A stretch of DNA of 64,000 nt, from sequence record PV029541; one strand, given 5' to 3'. Below the pieces are notes generated by a model, which searched no databases, was not told the origin of the DNA, and saw only the letters and a list, made by a program, of their open reading frames with translations. The stretch is from Escherichia phage PBM-2. Position numbers and translations under genes: made by a program. Shown here in pieces: positions 1 to 8,714 of the stretch; the first letter of the stretch is position 1; each line of letters opens with the position of its first letter.

Positions 1-143
1 GTGGCTGGGGCTACACCCTTACACTCAACCATCCCCCCCGGTATGTTGACGGTGTAGCCACTACCCTACCCCACCTTACACGTTACACATGCTCCGCATG
101 TTATGGACATGTCGTCCTATCATCAACTATTGGAGCTATCATC

Positions 144-422
144 ATGACTACTACCGCTACTGTACGTATGACCGCAGGAACTTTACTTGGTACTGTTAAC
201 TCAGCTGCTACTACTGTTGCAGATACATTTGGTACAGCAACTAAAGCAGTAGGTATGCTTAATTCATATGTAAGTACTATGGCAGAGAAACAAGCCATCC
301 GTACTAAATTAGAAATGCATACCTTTGTTAATAAACTGGCAGAGGAGACAGCTATGACTGAGACTCTGCGTAAGAAAAGTATTGAAGAATTCTGTAAGGA
401 TAAAGAAAACGGGTTCCGCTAA
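144..422 (+). CDS. hypothetical early protein (92 aa)
   Basis: ORF track; co-oriented with downstream early genes; ATG about 40 nt after a 6-bp-stem hairpin at about 87-101; no recognisable motif. Confidence 0.35.
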   Translation: MTTTATVRMTAGTLLGTVNSAATTVADTFGTATKAVGMLNSYVSTMAEKQAIRTKLEMHTFVNKLAEETAMTETLRKKSIEEFCKDKENGFR

Positions 423-664
423 GGGTTATCCTGATGGGGATTCCATCTTGTGGAAACTTAACGAGAAAGAAATTGATGACATGATAGCCTTGCTTAAAGC
501 TATCAAACAGCACCGACCTAATAACAGTTAAAACCAAGACGCTCCGCGTCTTATGGATGATTTAAATGCATCCACTAATCATTGAAATCTTAAGTCTTTT
601 CTTGGGTTTAGTCACCGACGGACAAACCCATAAATCAAACAATCATTTATCTGGAGAGTACAAA

Positions 665-1048
665 ATGTCTATTCAAAAATTCACTTTCGGTCAATCTAAC
701 ACTGCTGCTACTTCTACTGCTAAAGCTGATAAGCCTAAAGCTCAGTTCTGGCTGAACATTGGTTATGTAGCTAATGAAGGCTCTGATGATGAGAAATTCA
801 TCTCATTGCCTACTGGTATTCCTTTGGATACTCAGGAGCCGCTGCCTACTAATAGCAGCAATGCTGACTTCCGTGCTATGCGTTGTGCACAGAACGACCT
901 GTTGGAACAGTTAATTGAATATGCTCAGAACCTGGAACCAGGTGAAGAAGGTATCATTAACCTGCAAGTTCAACTTCGTCGTGTGAAAGCAGAGGCTGCT
1001 GACATCCCAGCAGACGAGAATAAATATGCTCGTAAACTGACTTTCTAA
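665..1048 (+). CDS. hypothetical early protein (127 aa; start moved to internal ATG)
   Basis: Track ORF 566..1048; internal ATG at 665 is preceded by GGAGAG RBS; followed directly by a strong intrinsic terminator. Confidence 0.45.
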   Translation: MSIQKFTFGQSNTAATSTAKADKPKAQFWLNIGYVANEGSDDEKFISLPTGIPLDTQEPLPTNSSNADFRAMRCAQNDLLEQLIEYAQNLEPGEEGIINLQVQLRRVKAEAADIPADENKYARKLTF

Positions 1049-1056
1049 TCAACCAC

Positions 1057-1086
1057 TAGACTCCCTTCGGGGAGTCTTTTATTTTT
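1057..1086 (+). terminator. rho-independent terminator (approx. coords)
   Basis: 8-bp GC-rich stem tagactccc/gggagtct with TTCG loop followed by T-run. Confidence 0.6.
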
Positions 1087-1191
1087 AACTAGACGATAAT
1101 CTATTTCTACTTTTTGAGTATCTTTAGACGAAGGGTACTGAAACAGTAACCAGATAGATATAGATTTATATTAGATGAAGGAGTAACCATT

Positions 1192-1377
1192 ATGCGTACA
1201 GTATGTAACCGTTATAACTCACAAAAGTTGATTGTTATGTTACAACCTTGGGGTAGTAAGATGTCTCTTAATGCTCGTTGGCAGGTATCTGTAGAAGATA
1301 AGAATGGTCAGCATTATGACCACTTCTTTGTAGCTAAACCTACTCGTAAACAAATCCGTAAACTTCATAAGGTGTAA
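1192..1377 (+). CDS. hypothetical small protein (61 aa)
   Basis: ORF track; AGGAG-like RBS (gaaggag) upstream of ATG. Confidence 0.35.
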   Translation: MRTVCNRYNSQKLIVMLQPWGSKMSLNARWQVSVEDKNGQHYDHFFVAKPTRKQIRKLHKV

Positions 1378-1381
1378 GACT

Positions 1382-1600
1382 ATGTTGGACTTCATTGCGT
1401 TTGTAATACTCTGTTATGTGCTGTATCGCCTACGTGGTTACATTCTCAATGGAGCCAAGTGGGTAAGAACTAAGCTGGTACTTATTTGTAAGTTACCAGT
1501 TGTATTCGTTAAGTGTCTGTTTGCTTCCATCATAGCTAAAGAGGTACGTAAGCAACTCTGGGCTAAAGAAGCAGAAGAGTTTGCAAAGAGGAACCAGTGA
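1382..1600 (+). CDS. small putative membrane protein (72 aa)
   Basis: ORF track; hydrophobic N-terminal segment FIAFVILCYVLY; tight spacing to upstream gene. Confidence 0.35.
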   Translation: MLDFIAFVILCYVLYRLRGYILNGAKWVRTKLVLICKLPVVFVKCLFASIIAKEVRKQLWAKEAEEFAKRNQ

Positions 1601-1897
1601 TATTCACTAACATTGAGGATGCCATTGAAGAATGTATCTTTCGTAGATATCACACTGGTGTACAGAAACGACACTATGGTGTTGTACAACTCAATGGCTA
1701 TCAAATGGTTGTAAGAATTGTACGTAACAACAACAAGCCTTTTAACTTTATGTGGAGTACCAAACATGCGTAAGTCATTAATCATGGGAACCAAAGCTGA
1801 CGTACAGAAGATGAAGGAACGTCTGGCTGCTAAGCAACAGACATCTGAACCAGTACGTAAGATTGTTACTTACAATCATCCATGTATCAAATAGTAA

Positions 1898-1935
1898 GGA
1901 GTCCTCCAATAGGAGGCTCCTATTTTTTATTTTTG
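1898..1935 (+). terminator. rho-independent terminator (approx. coords)
   Basis: ggagtcctcc/ggaggctcc stem with AATA loop followed by tattttttatttt. Confidence 0.55.
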
Positions 1936-1971
1936 AATAGTTAGATATGTATTTAAATAGGAGAAATAATC

Positions 1972-2286
1972 TTGAATGAAATAGTATGTATACTTCCTCA
2001 CCAAGCTAAAGTAGCTGACAGGAATATACGGGTACATTTACCATTCCCATTAAGTAATCCATTTGCTCGTAATGAAAGAACCACAGTAGAAGATATAGAG
2101 GTAGCTTATGAAGCTTACCTTCGTAATCGTCTTATTAATGGTGACAAGTTAATTACAGCAGAGATGGAAAGGATTGCTGGCTTTGTAACTGATAGTACAG
2201 GTAAACCTGTTGGTTTAATTGGTACTGAATCTGATGTTAACGTTATTCGTAAAATACTGATGGAGGCACTCGGTGAACAATCTTAG
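1972..2286 (+). CDS. hypothetical protein (104 aa, TTG start in track)
   Basis: ORF track; AGGAG 9 nt upstream of TTG; no motif recognised. Confidence 0.35.
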   Translation: MNEIVCILPHQAKVADRNIRVHLPFPLSNPFARNERTTVEDIEVAYEAYLRNRLINGDKLITAEMERIAGFVTDSTGKPVGLIGTESDVNVIRKILMEALGEQS

Positions 2287-2518
2287 TGATGTCATCGTAG
2301 ATAAAACAATATTAGTAAATCCCAAAGGGTATGCCTGGTTCATGCTAAAGCATACCCGTAAGGTATATGTTAGAAAGGTATATATACGTAACTTTGGTAA
2401 GTTATCTTACAGAGAAGTACGTATTAATAATGAGATGTACTTTCTAGATGAATCAGTGATTATCAAATCAACTGAAGACAGAAAGGCTCCTTACTTTAAC
2501 TATTACGGATTCAACTAA
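2273..2518 (+). CDS. hypothetical protein (81 aa)
   Basis: ORF track; overlaps upstream stop (coupled arrangement). Confidence 0.3.
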   Translation: MNNLSDVIVDKTILVNPKGYAWFMLKHTRKVYVRKVYIRNFGKLSYREVRINNEMYFLDESVIIKSTEDRKAPYFNYYGFN

Positions 2519-2519
2519 A

Positions 2520-2741
2520 ATGATGTACTCAACTGATTATGGTGTTTGCCCTGTATGTAACAAACGTAAAGGAGTTGCTAATCATAAGCGTTGTAGTCGT
2601 ATATTACAGAAACAACGGAACCAGAAAGAATGGGATAAGCTGTTGGAAAACCAGCGTAAAGAAGAAAATCAACAGATGGCTGTTAAGGCATCTACTCAAC
2701 GTATTCGCCGTATTAACTATATACAGGGGTATCAGAAATGA
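2520..2741 (+). CDS. hypothetical basic protein with CxxC pair (73 aa)
   Basis: ORF track; CPVCNKRKG...KRCSR, possible zinc ribbon; very basic. Confidence 0.35.
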   Translation: MMYSTDYGVCPVCNKRKGVANHKRCSRILQKQRNQKEWDKLLENQRKEENQQMAVKASTQRIRRINYIQGYQK

Positions 2742-3094
2742 GACTAATCGTAGCTGGTGGAAGAGACTTCGTAAATACCAATCTTATGATTGAGGAATTA
2801 CAGAAGTTAGTAAATTCAGGGAATATACCTGAATGTCCGGAATTAGTATGTGGTATGGCTCGTGGAGCAGATATGCTTGCATATAGTCTATGGGCTAATA
2901 ACAAAATGCCTATTCATAATTTCCCAGCAAACTGGGATAAACATGGTAAATGTGCTGGTTATAAACGTAACCTGGAAATGGGTGAATTTGCAGATGCTGC
3001 TGTATGTTTCTGGGATGGTAATTCCAAAGGAACCAAGCACATGATTGATATCATGTATAGGCTTAATAAACCCGTATACGTTGTGAGGTACTAA
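2738..3094 (+). CDS. SLOG-type Rossmann-like protein (DUF2493-like), putative nucleotide-binding
   Basis: N-terminus MRLIVAGGRDF and GMARGADMLA glycine-rich motif resemble my recollection of DUF2493/SLOG-family phage proteins. Confidence 0.45.
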   Translation: MRLIVAGGRDFVNTNLMIEELQKLVNSGNIPECPELVCGMARGADMLAYSLWANNKMPIHNFPANWDKHGKCAGYKRNLEMGEFADAAVCFWDGNSKGTKHMIDIMYRLNKPVYVVRY

Positions 3095-3349
3095 ATGATT
3101 ATTACATATCCTACAGGCAAGACTGTGGAATATATGAAGCACACCATTCAAGTACCTCACTGGGTTAAGTATATAGCTTTATTACCACGTCAATATAAAA
3201 GTGCTAATACCTCATTAATAGGATTCTCTAAGAAGCCTAAGCTAACAGAAAACAATATCTGGGTATCCTCTGGGAGACAAGAAGAAATTGGTTTTTGTGA
3301 TTTGAGTATTGTCGATAATAACATCTATGGGACATTGAGAAAGGTATGA
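3095..3349 (+). CDS. hypothetical protein (84 aa)
   Basis: ORF track; abuts neighbours with no gap. Confidence 0.3.
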   Translation: MIITYPTGKTVEYMKHTIQVPHWVKYIALLPRQYKSANTSLIGFSKKPKLTENNIWVSSGRQEEIGFCDLSIVDNNIYGTLRKV

Positions 3350-3660
3350 AAACTATTCTAGTAGTTCATGATTCTACATTTACAGATGTAGATAAAATGA
3401 TGCGTAATATTGATTATGTATCTCAAACAAGCCAGGCATTCAATGAAGAATTTACCCTCTACTGCAATGCTGAATCTCCACTGGTTCCTATCCTTAAAGA
3501 ATCAGGTCTACCATTCTCTACAGAGAACTTCCCGGAAGAACCAGACTATGTAATCTCATTCATTTATGACTTACATGATGGTTCTGAAACTAGTGAACTA
3601 GCTATGAACCAGTGGCGTAGTAAACGTCCTGTGTTCGCATTCCAGGTACTTAAGCCATGA
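3346..3660 (+). CDS. hypothetical protein (104 aa)
   Basis: ORF track; 4-nt overlap with upstream gene. Confidence 0.35.
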   Translation: MKTILVVHDSTFTDVDKMMRNIDYVSQTSQAFNEEFTLYCNAESPLVPILKESGLPFSTENFPEEPDYVISFIYDLHDGSETSELAMNQWRSKRPVFAFQVLKP

Positions 3661-3899
3661 TTTATGAAGAATATTATGTATTCAAAAAGGGGGATGATTT
3701 TATAGCTATGCCGGATGATTATATAGATTGGCATACAACTCCCGTATTAAATGAAGCATTTTCTGTACCTAACCTAGAAGAGGTTAATAAAGTAATGAAC
3801 GGGGTAATGTTAACAAGAGGGTTAGCTTACAAAATAGACGCATTAGAAGGAACTACTGTATGTAAAGTAAGTACATCTATTGAGGCATTAAAACCATGA
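3657..3899 (+). CDS. hypothetical protein (80 aa)
   Basis: ORF track; 4-nt overlap with both neighbours. Confidence 0.3.
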   Translation: MIYEEYYVFKKGDDFIAMPDDYIDWHTTPVLNEAFSVPNLEEVNKVMNGVMLTRGLAYKIDALEGTTVCKVSTSIEALKP

Positions 3900-4276
3900 A
3901 GACTATTACATTAGGGGACGACACCAATGCTTTGCTGGGTGTAGCTGCACGTCCAATTATCATTGTTAATAAACATCACGGTAAATCCGGTGAGTATATC
4001 GGACGTGGTTCACCATTAGGAAATCCATTCGTTATTGGTAAAGACGGTTCAAGAGAACAGGTTATAGCCAAATATCGAGTATGGCTTAATGAACAAATCA
4101 TGAGGAAGAATCAAGCTGTATTGGATGAACTTAATCGTCTTGGTAATAAAGCCATTGATGAGAAAGGGTTGGCCTTACAGTGCTTCTGTTATCCGAAACC
4201 ATGTCATGGTGAGGTTATTAAAGAGAAGCTAGTAAAAGCTATGTATAACTACTTTGTGGAGAATCCAAAGGGGTAA
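3896..4276 (+). CDS. DUF4326-like protein
   Basis: Motifs YIGRGSPLGNPF and CFCYPKPCHGEV resemble the DUF4326 family as I recall it; function unknown. Confidence 0.4.
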   Translation: MKTITLGDDTNALLGVAARPIIIVNKHHGKSGEYIGRGSPLGNPFVIGKDGSREQVIAKYRVWLNEQIMRKNQAVLDELNRLGNKAIDEKGLALQCFCYPKPCHGEVIKEKLVKAMYNYFVENPKG

Positions 4277-4279
4277 CTA

Positions 4280-4630
4280 ATGAAAGAAATATTCGTATTC
4301 ACTACCAATACACTAGGACAACATACCAATGCTTCTGCCAAGTTAGCTTATAAGAAGCATGGTGCTCGTTGGGGTATGGCCTATGGTCATTATGGTAATA
4401 GCTTTGCTATTCCAGTAAGAGATGGCAATGGTAACCGTATCAAAGAGGGTGCTATCTATGGCTTCATTGAGGGCTTTATTGCTTATGCATCTGCCAATCC
4501 ACAATGGGATTTCAAAGTCATGAGTAATGACTACCTGGACCCATACCAGTTCATTAATGTAACCGGAAATGTACTGTTACCCGAAGCATGGCGTAAACAC
4601 TTAGGCGATGCTTACAACTACTGGAGTTAA
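4280..4630 (+). CDS. hypothetical protein (116 aa), glycine-rich Rossmann-like N-terminus
   Basis: ORF track; IFVFTTNTLGQHTNASAKLA...GARWGMAYGHYGNSFAIP; family not identified. Confidence 0.35.
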   Translation: MKEIFVFTTNTLGQHTNASAKLAYKKHGARWGMAYGHYGNSFAIPVRDGNGNRIKEGAIYGFIEGFIAYASANPQWDFKVMSNDYLDPYQFINVTGNVLLPEAWRKHLGDAYNYWS

Positions 4631-4632
4631 TA

Positions 4633-4893
4633 ATGACTTATGAAGAACTGTGGACTGCTCAAGTCAGAGCCAGAGCACTTACACGGCATGATATCTATTG
4701 TGCATTACAAAACGAACTAAAGGATCGTACTAAACTAGGTCACATATCTGGTTTAATTAAAATACCTATGCGTAGTCTGGTATGGCCTTACCAGAAGAAA
4801 AATAACGAGTTTAGTGGTAATGGTTTATATGTACGTATTGACTACCTTGGTCAAGAGAACAGTATTCGTATTACCTTTTGGACTAAACGTTAG
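4633..4893 (+). CDS. hypothetical protein (86 aa)
   Basis: ORF track; followed by a hairpin plus T-run. Confidence 0.3.
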   Translation: MTYEELWTAQVRARALTRHDIYCALQNELKDRTKLGHISGLIKIPMRSLVWPYQKKNNEFSGNGLYVRIDYLGQENSIRITFWTKR

Positions 4894-4946
4894 GTAATAG
4901 CTGCTCCGCAGCTTTTGGTTATTAATCACATTTAGGAGAATAAGCG

Positions 4947-5765
4947 ATGTACTCATCCATTGAACATCAGAAGCAACTCGAAATTCTTTTCAACAAAAAT
5001 CAATTACTCCCTCGCATGAGGAAGGAATTTGAGGACTCCGAAGAAATTGACTTTAAGGCATTCGCTGCCTATTTGGAAATTGATTATAAGCTGCTCATTG
5101 ATGCAATGGTGCAGATTGCCCTACATAAACGTGCTGACCTTCAGACTATGATTGGCTCTCTTATGAGCCATTCAGATGATGCTCAGTACATCGCTGACTG
5201 TCTGTATAAGATGGCAGAGAATGACTGCTTCAACTATGACCCTACCATCGACAAGTTCGGTGTTATCTACGAGATTAGTGAAGATGTTCAGATGGAACTG
5301 GAAGCATTCCAGTATCCATTACCTATCGTAAGTGCTCCTAAGCCTGTTCTGTGTAACCGTGATACAGGTTACTACGAGAGCAGGGGAAGTATCATCCTCA
5401 AGAAGAACCATCATGAGATGGATGTCTGTCTTGATCACATCAACCGTATGAATAATCAGCGTCTAAGTATCAACTGGGACGTTGCTAACTATGTAAAAGA
5501 CTCTCGTCCTAATATGGATAAGCCCAAAGAGGGTGAAACCCGTCAGGAATACGAGAAACGTGTTAAAGCCTTTGAGAAGTACAGCCGTACCGCTAAGGAA
5601 GTAATGGAGTTAGTGACCAAAGAAGGTAATAACTTCTCACTGGGTCACAAATATGACAAACGTGGGCGTACTTACGCTCAGGGCTATCACATCAACTATC
5701 AGGGAACCAGCTACAACAAAGCTGTACTGGAGTTCGCTGATAAGGAGTTAGTAAACGATGAGTAG
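4947..5765 (+). CDS. putative small subunit of split T7-like RNA polymerase (N4 RNAPII-type)
   Basis: 272-aa ORF with AGGAG RBS, immediately upstream of the catalytic subunit; assignment by size and synteny only. Confidence 0.5.
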   Translation: MYSSIEHQKQLEILFNKNQLLPRMRKEFEDSEEIDFKAFAAYLEIDYKLLIDAMVQIALHKRADLQTMIGSLMSHSDDAQYIADCLYKMAENDCFNYDPTIDKFGVIYEISEDVQMELEAFQYPLPIVSAPKPVLCNRDTGYYESRGSIILKKNHHEMDVCLDHINRMNNQRLSINWDVANYVKDSRPNMDKPKEGETRQEYEKRVKAFEKYSRTAKEVMELVTKEGNNFSLGHKYDKRGRTYAQGYHINYQGTSYNKAVLEFADKELVNDE

Positions 5766-5997
5766 GTTAAAACTATGGCTCATTAGCCAGGAAGAGAATA
5801 CAGGATGGGATACATACGATTCCGCAGTGGTAGCTACTACAACTAAGGAAGAAGCTCGCCTTATTAATCCAGACGGAGAATGGAATCTATCTTCCGCTTG
5901 GTGTTCTTCCCCAGATAAAGTGCACGTCGAGTACCTGGGTATTGCCACAGAAGGTGTGGAACCAGGAATAGTATTGTCATCATTTAATGCTGGCTAA
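5758..5997 (+). CDS. hypothetical protein (79 aa)
   Basis: ORF track; lies between the two RNAP subunit genes. Confidence 0.3.
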   Translation: MSRLKLWLISQEENTGWDTYDSAVVATTTKEEARLINPDGEWNLSSAWCSSPDKVHVEYLGIATEGVEPGIVLSSFNAG

Positions 5998-6054
5998 TCC
6001 ATCCAATAAGCAGGCTCTTCATAGTGAGGAGCCAAGAAGCAAAAGGAACATAAA

Positions 6055-7272
6055 ATGCAACTGTTAACCGCTCGTGAATACCTGAAAGTAGATATTGCCA
6101 ATAACTATGGTCTGGATAAAAAGACCTGGGATGAGCGTATTGCTTGGTTCGATGAGAATGAAGCTAACTTGCTTAATCTGGTAGATGAAGCTGAGGAATC
6201 TGCACTGTTCTATGCTGGTGTAAACGCATGGAAAGATATGAAAGCTGGTAAGCCTATCGGATATGCCGTAGCCCTGGATGCTACATCATCAGGCTTGCAG
6301 TTACTGGCCTGCCTGACTGGTGACCGCTCTGCTGCTGAACTGTGTAACGTAGTTAATTACATGGGAGAGAATGGTAAGCCATTACGACGTGATGCTTATA
6401 CAGTTATATATCACAAGATGCTGGACATCCTTGGTGAAGCATCCCGTATTAAACGCAGTGATACCAAGCAGGCAGTTATGACTGCATTCTACGGTTCAGA
6501 AGCCAAACCTAAAGAAGTATTCGGGGAAGGTATCCGTCTCAAGACTTTTGAAAATGTAATGGAAACAGTTGCAAGTGGTCCTTGGGCACTTAACAAGTTC
6601 TTACTGCAATGTGGTAACCCGGATGCTAACCGTTACATATGGGTACTCCCTGACAACTTCCATGCTGTCATTAAAGTCATGGTTCTTGAAGTACAGACTG
6701 TTAACTTCTTGGGTAAACCATTTGACATCACTCGTATGGTTCAGGGTACTGAAGAGAAGACCCGTATGCTCTCTGCTAACATCACTCACTCTATTGATGG
6801 GATGGTAGTACGTGAGATGCTGCGTCGTTGTAACTTCGACCCTAAACTGGTTGCCTATGTACGGGAACTGTGCGATATCGGGCCAAGTGAATACCCCGTT
6901 ATTGAGGGGAACCAAGAGAAGACTATGGAAATCTGGAATCATTATGAAAGGTCAGGATTCCTGTCGCTGTCTATCCTAGACTTCCTTGACCCGAATACTA
7001 TTGCATTGGTAGACCGTCAAGTAGTAGCAGATATGATCGACACTATGCCTAAGAAACCATTCCCTGTAATGACTGTACATGATTGCTTCCGTTGCCACCC
7101 TAACTATGGTAATGACCTGCGTCGTCAGTACAATCAGATTCTGTCTGACATTGCTAAGAGTGACTTACTGGGCTTCATTCTGTCTCAAGTACTGGGGCAA
7201 GAGTTCTCTGCTGGTAAGCTGGATGACAGCCTCTGGCAGGACATTCTTGAAACGGATTATGCATTAAGTTAA
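6055..7272 (+). CDS. T7-like single-subunit RNA polymerase, catalytic subunit (N4 RNAPII large subunit-like)
   Basis: DATSSGLQLLA (cf. T7 RNAP DGSCSGIQHFSA) and C-terminal VHDCF (cf. T7 motif C HDSFG); 405 aa, too short for a full T7 RNAP, so a split enzyme. Confidence 0.75.
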   Translation: MQLLTAREYLKVDIANNYGLDKKTWDERIAWFDENEANLLNLVDEAEESALFYAGVNAWKDMKAGKPIGYAVALDATSSGLQLLACLTGDRSAAELCNVVNYMGENGKPLRRDAYTVIYHKMLDILGEASRIKRSDTKQAVMTAFYGSEAKPKEVFGEGIRLKTFENVMETVASGPWALNKFLLQCGNPDANRYIWVLPDNFHAVIKVMVLEVQTVNFLGKPFDITRMVQGTEEKTRMLSANITHSIDGMVVREMLRRCNFDPKLVAYVRELCDIGPSEYPVIEGNQEKTMEIWNHYERSGFLSLSILDFLDPNTIALVDRQVVADMIDTMPKKPFPVMTVHDCFRCHPNYGNDLRRQYNQILSDIAKSDLLGFILSQVLGQEFSAGKLDDSLWQDILETDYALS

Positions 7273-7279
7273 TAAACTA

Positions 7280-7312
7280 GCCTCATTCCTTCGGGAGTGA
7301 GGCCTATTTTTT
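7280..7312 (+). terminator. rho-independent terminator (approx. coords)
   Basis: 10-bp stem gcctcattcc/ggagtgaggc, TTCG loop, T-run. Confidence 0.6.
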
Positions 7313-7329
7313 GCTTGGAGGTAACAACT

Positions 7330-7512
7330 ATGCTAATCCCCTTTGAAGTAATCTTTCAGTTAATACTGATAGTTTTATCTGTACTGGTTCTGTCTACGAT
7401 AGTTAGTGCTCATAAGTCTAAGTTTGCATATTACTACTATGGAGCATACTCACTTGGCTGCTTTGTAATGGCAGGATGGATAGCTTTTGCTATCTACTGT
7501 GTAAACAACTAA
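7330..7512 (+). CDS. small membrane protein, two predicted TM helices (60 aa)
   Basis: Track ORF 7297..7512; internal ATG at 7330 has GGAGG RBS; two hydrophobic stretches. Confidence 0.35.
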   Translation: MLIPFEVIFQLILIVLSVLVLSTIVSAHKSKFAYYYYGAYSLGCFVMAGWIAFAIYCVNN

Positions 7513-7540
7513 CCCTCTTAACGGAGGGTTTATTTTTTTA
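7511..7540 (+). terminator. rho-independent terminator (approx. coords)
   Basis: aaccctc/gagggtt stem followed by tattttttta. Confidence 0.6.
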
Positions 7541-7586
7541 CATGTCATGTATACTAATCCTGCTATTTACTTATGAGGAAATTCAT

Positions 7587-8420
7587 ATGCCAACTTTAAA
7601 AGTAGGTTTTAACAAAACCACCAATGTCGCAACTGTACTGGATGCGAGTGGTTCTATCCCGGGTGGTTCAGTAGAAGTAGGTACTTTTGTACACCCGGAT
7701 GCCACTTACCCAGATAGTTTAGTTATTTTTCATGGTGTTCGTGATCTGCTGTATAAACGTTCTGCTAAAGACCCTAGTAAAGCAGGCTTCTGGCCTAACA
7801 ACATCGTGGATATGCAAGCCATCTCTATTGACATGAAAGCTACTCCACGACTGACTGTTGCTACCAAACTGCCTCGTGTAATCTCTGCTATCGAAGGCGA
7901 AGATATTAACTGGCATGTTGATGTAGCAGGTGGTAAAGCACCGTTTACTTATAAATGGCAATTTAAAGCCGATACCGCTGGTGCAGTATTCACTGATATT
8001 GATTCTGGTGATAACGCATCTGCTGCTACTGCAACGTTGACTCTTAATAACGTAACCGCTGCTTCTGCTGGTACTTATAAAGTGATTGTTACTGATGCCA
8101 ATGGAACCACTGTAGAAGATACGACGTTGCTGGCAGTAGGCTACTATGAAGCAAGCTCACTGGTAGCTACTCCTGATTCACTGGCTCTGTCTGTTGCTGA
8201 TGATACTGCTGCCGGTAAGACTGTAACCATTGCTGCTATGCCTGTTGGTTCATCTGCTGGTACTTTGTCTATTAAGACTGCCCCGGATTCTGCCCGTGCT
8301 ACAGCTACCATTTCTGGTAACGTACTGACAGTTAAACCTGTAGCTGCTGGTGAAGCTACTTCTGTAGTAGTTACCAACGGTACGGTCGATGTAACCATCG
8401 CTATTACTGTTGCAGAATAA
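7587..8420 (+). CDS. Ig-like domain protein, putative capsid decoration protein
   Basis: Track ORF 7476..8420; internal ATG at 7587 with GAGG RBS; Thr/Ala/Val-rich beta-strand sequence with GTYKVIVTDANGT and C-terminal Big_2-like segment; N4 encodes its decoration protein at the equivalent position. Confidence 0.5.
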   Translation: MPTLKVGFNKTTNVATVLDASGSIPGGSVEVGTFVHPDATYPDSLVIFHGVRDLLYKRSAKDPSKAGFWPNNIVDMQAISIDMKATPRLTVATKLPRVISAIEGEDINWHVDVAGGKAPFTYKWQFKADTAGAVFTDIDSGDNASAATATLTLNNVTAASAGTYKVIVTDANGTTVEDTTLLAVGYYEASSLVATPDSLALSVADDTAAGKTVTIAAMPVGSSAGTLSIKTAPDSARATATISGNVLTVKPVAAGEATSVVVTNGTVDVTIAITVAE

Positions 8421-8470
8421 GGGTATTCTTTGTTTGGGGTCATAAACCCTGAAATGAAACCCTCAAGTTT

Positions 8471-8501
8471 GACCTCCCTATTGAAGGGAGGTCTTTTTTT
8501 G
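8471..8501 (+). terminator. rho-independent terminator (approx. coords)
   Basis: 8-bp stem gacctccc/gggaggtc followed by seven T. Confidence 0.65.
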
Positions 8502-8525
8502 ACTTAAACATTCTGGAGCCAGGAA

Positions 8526-8714
8526 ATGTATAAAGAGATTGCATTCTTCTCGTTCTTACTGGGTGGTTTAATAGGTGCAGGATTTGTAGCTATTTCTAAT
8601 ACCTACTTTGGTTCTACTCCAAATTCTGTAACACAAACCCTCAAGCATGAATGTGAATTGAATATCCCTCGCAATCAAAACTGTGTAATGAAGTTTGTAC
8701 CGGAGAAGAAATGA
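8526..8714 (+). CDS. small membrane protein (62 aa)
   Basis: ORF track; hydrophobic FFSFLLGGLIGAGFVAI segment. Confidence 0.3.
   Translation: MYKEIAFFSFLLGGLIGAGFVAISNTYFGSTPNSVTQTLKHECELNIPRNQNCVMKFVPEKK

Noticed and set aside
1438-1794. 118-aa minus-strand ORF in the early region
   Set aside because: Antisense to co-oriented plus-strand genes and overlaps better-supported small plus-strand ORFs that end at a plus-strand terminator.
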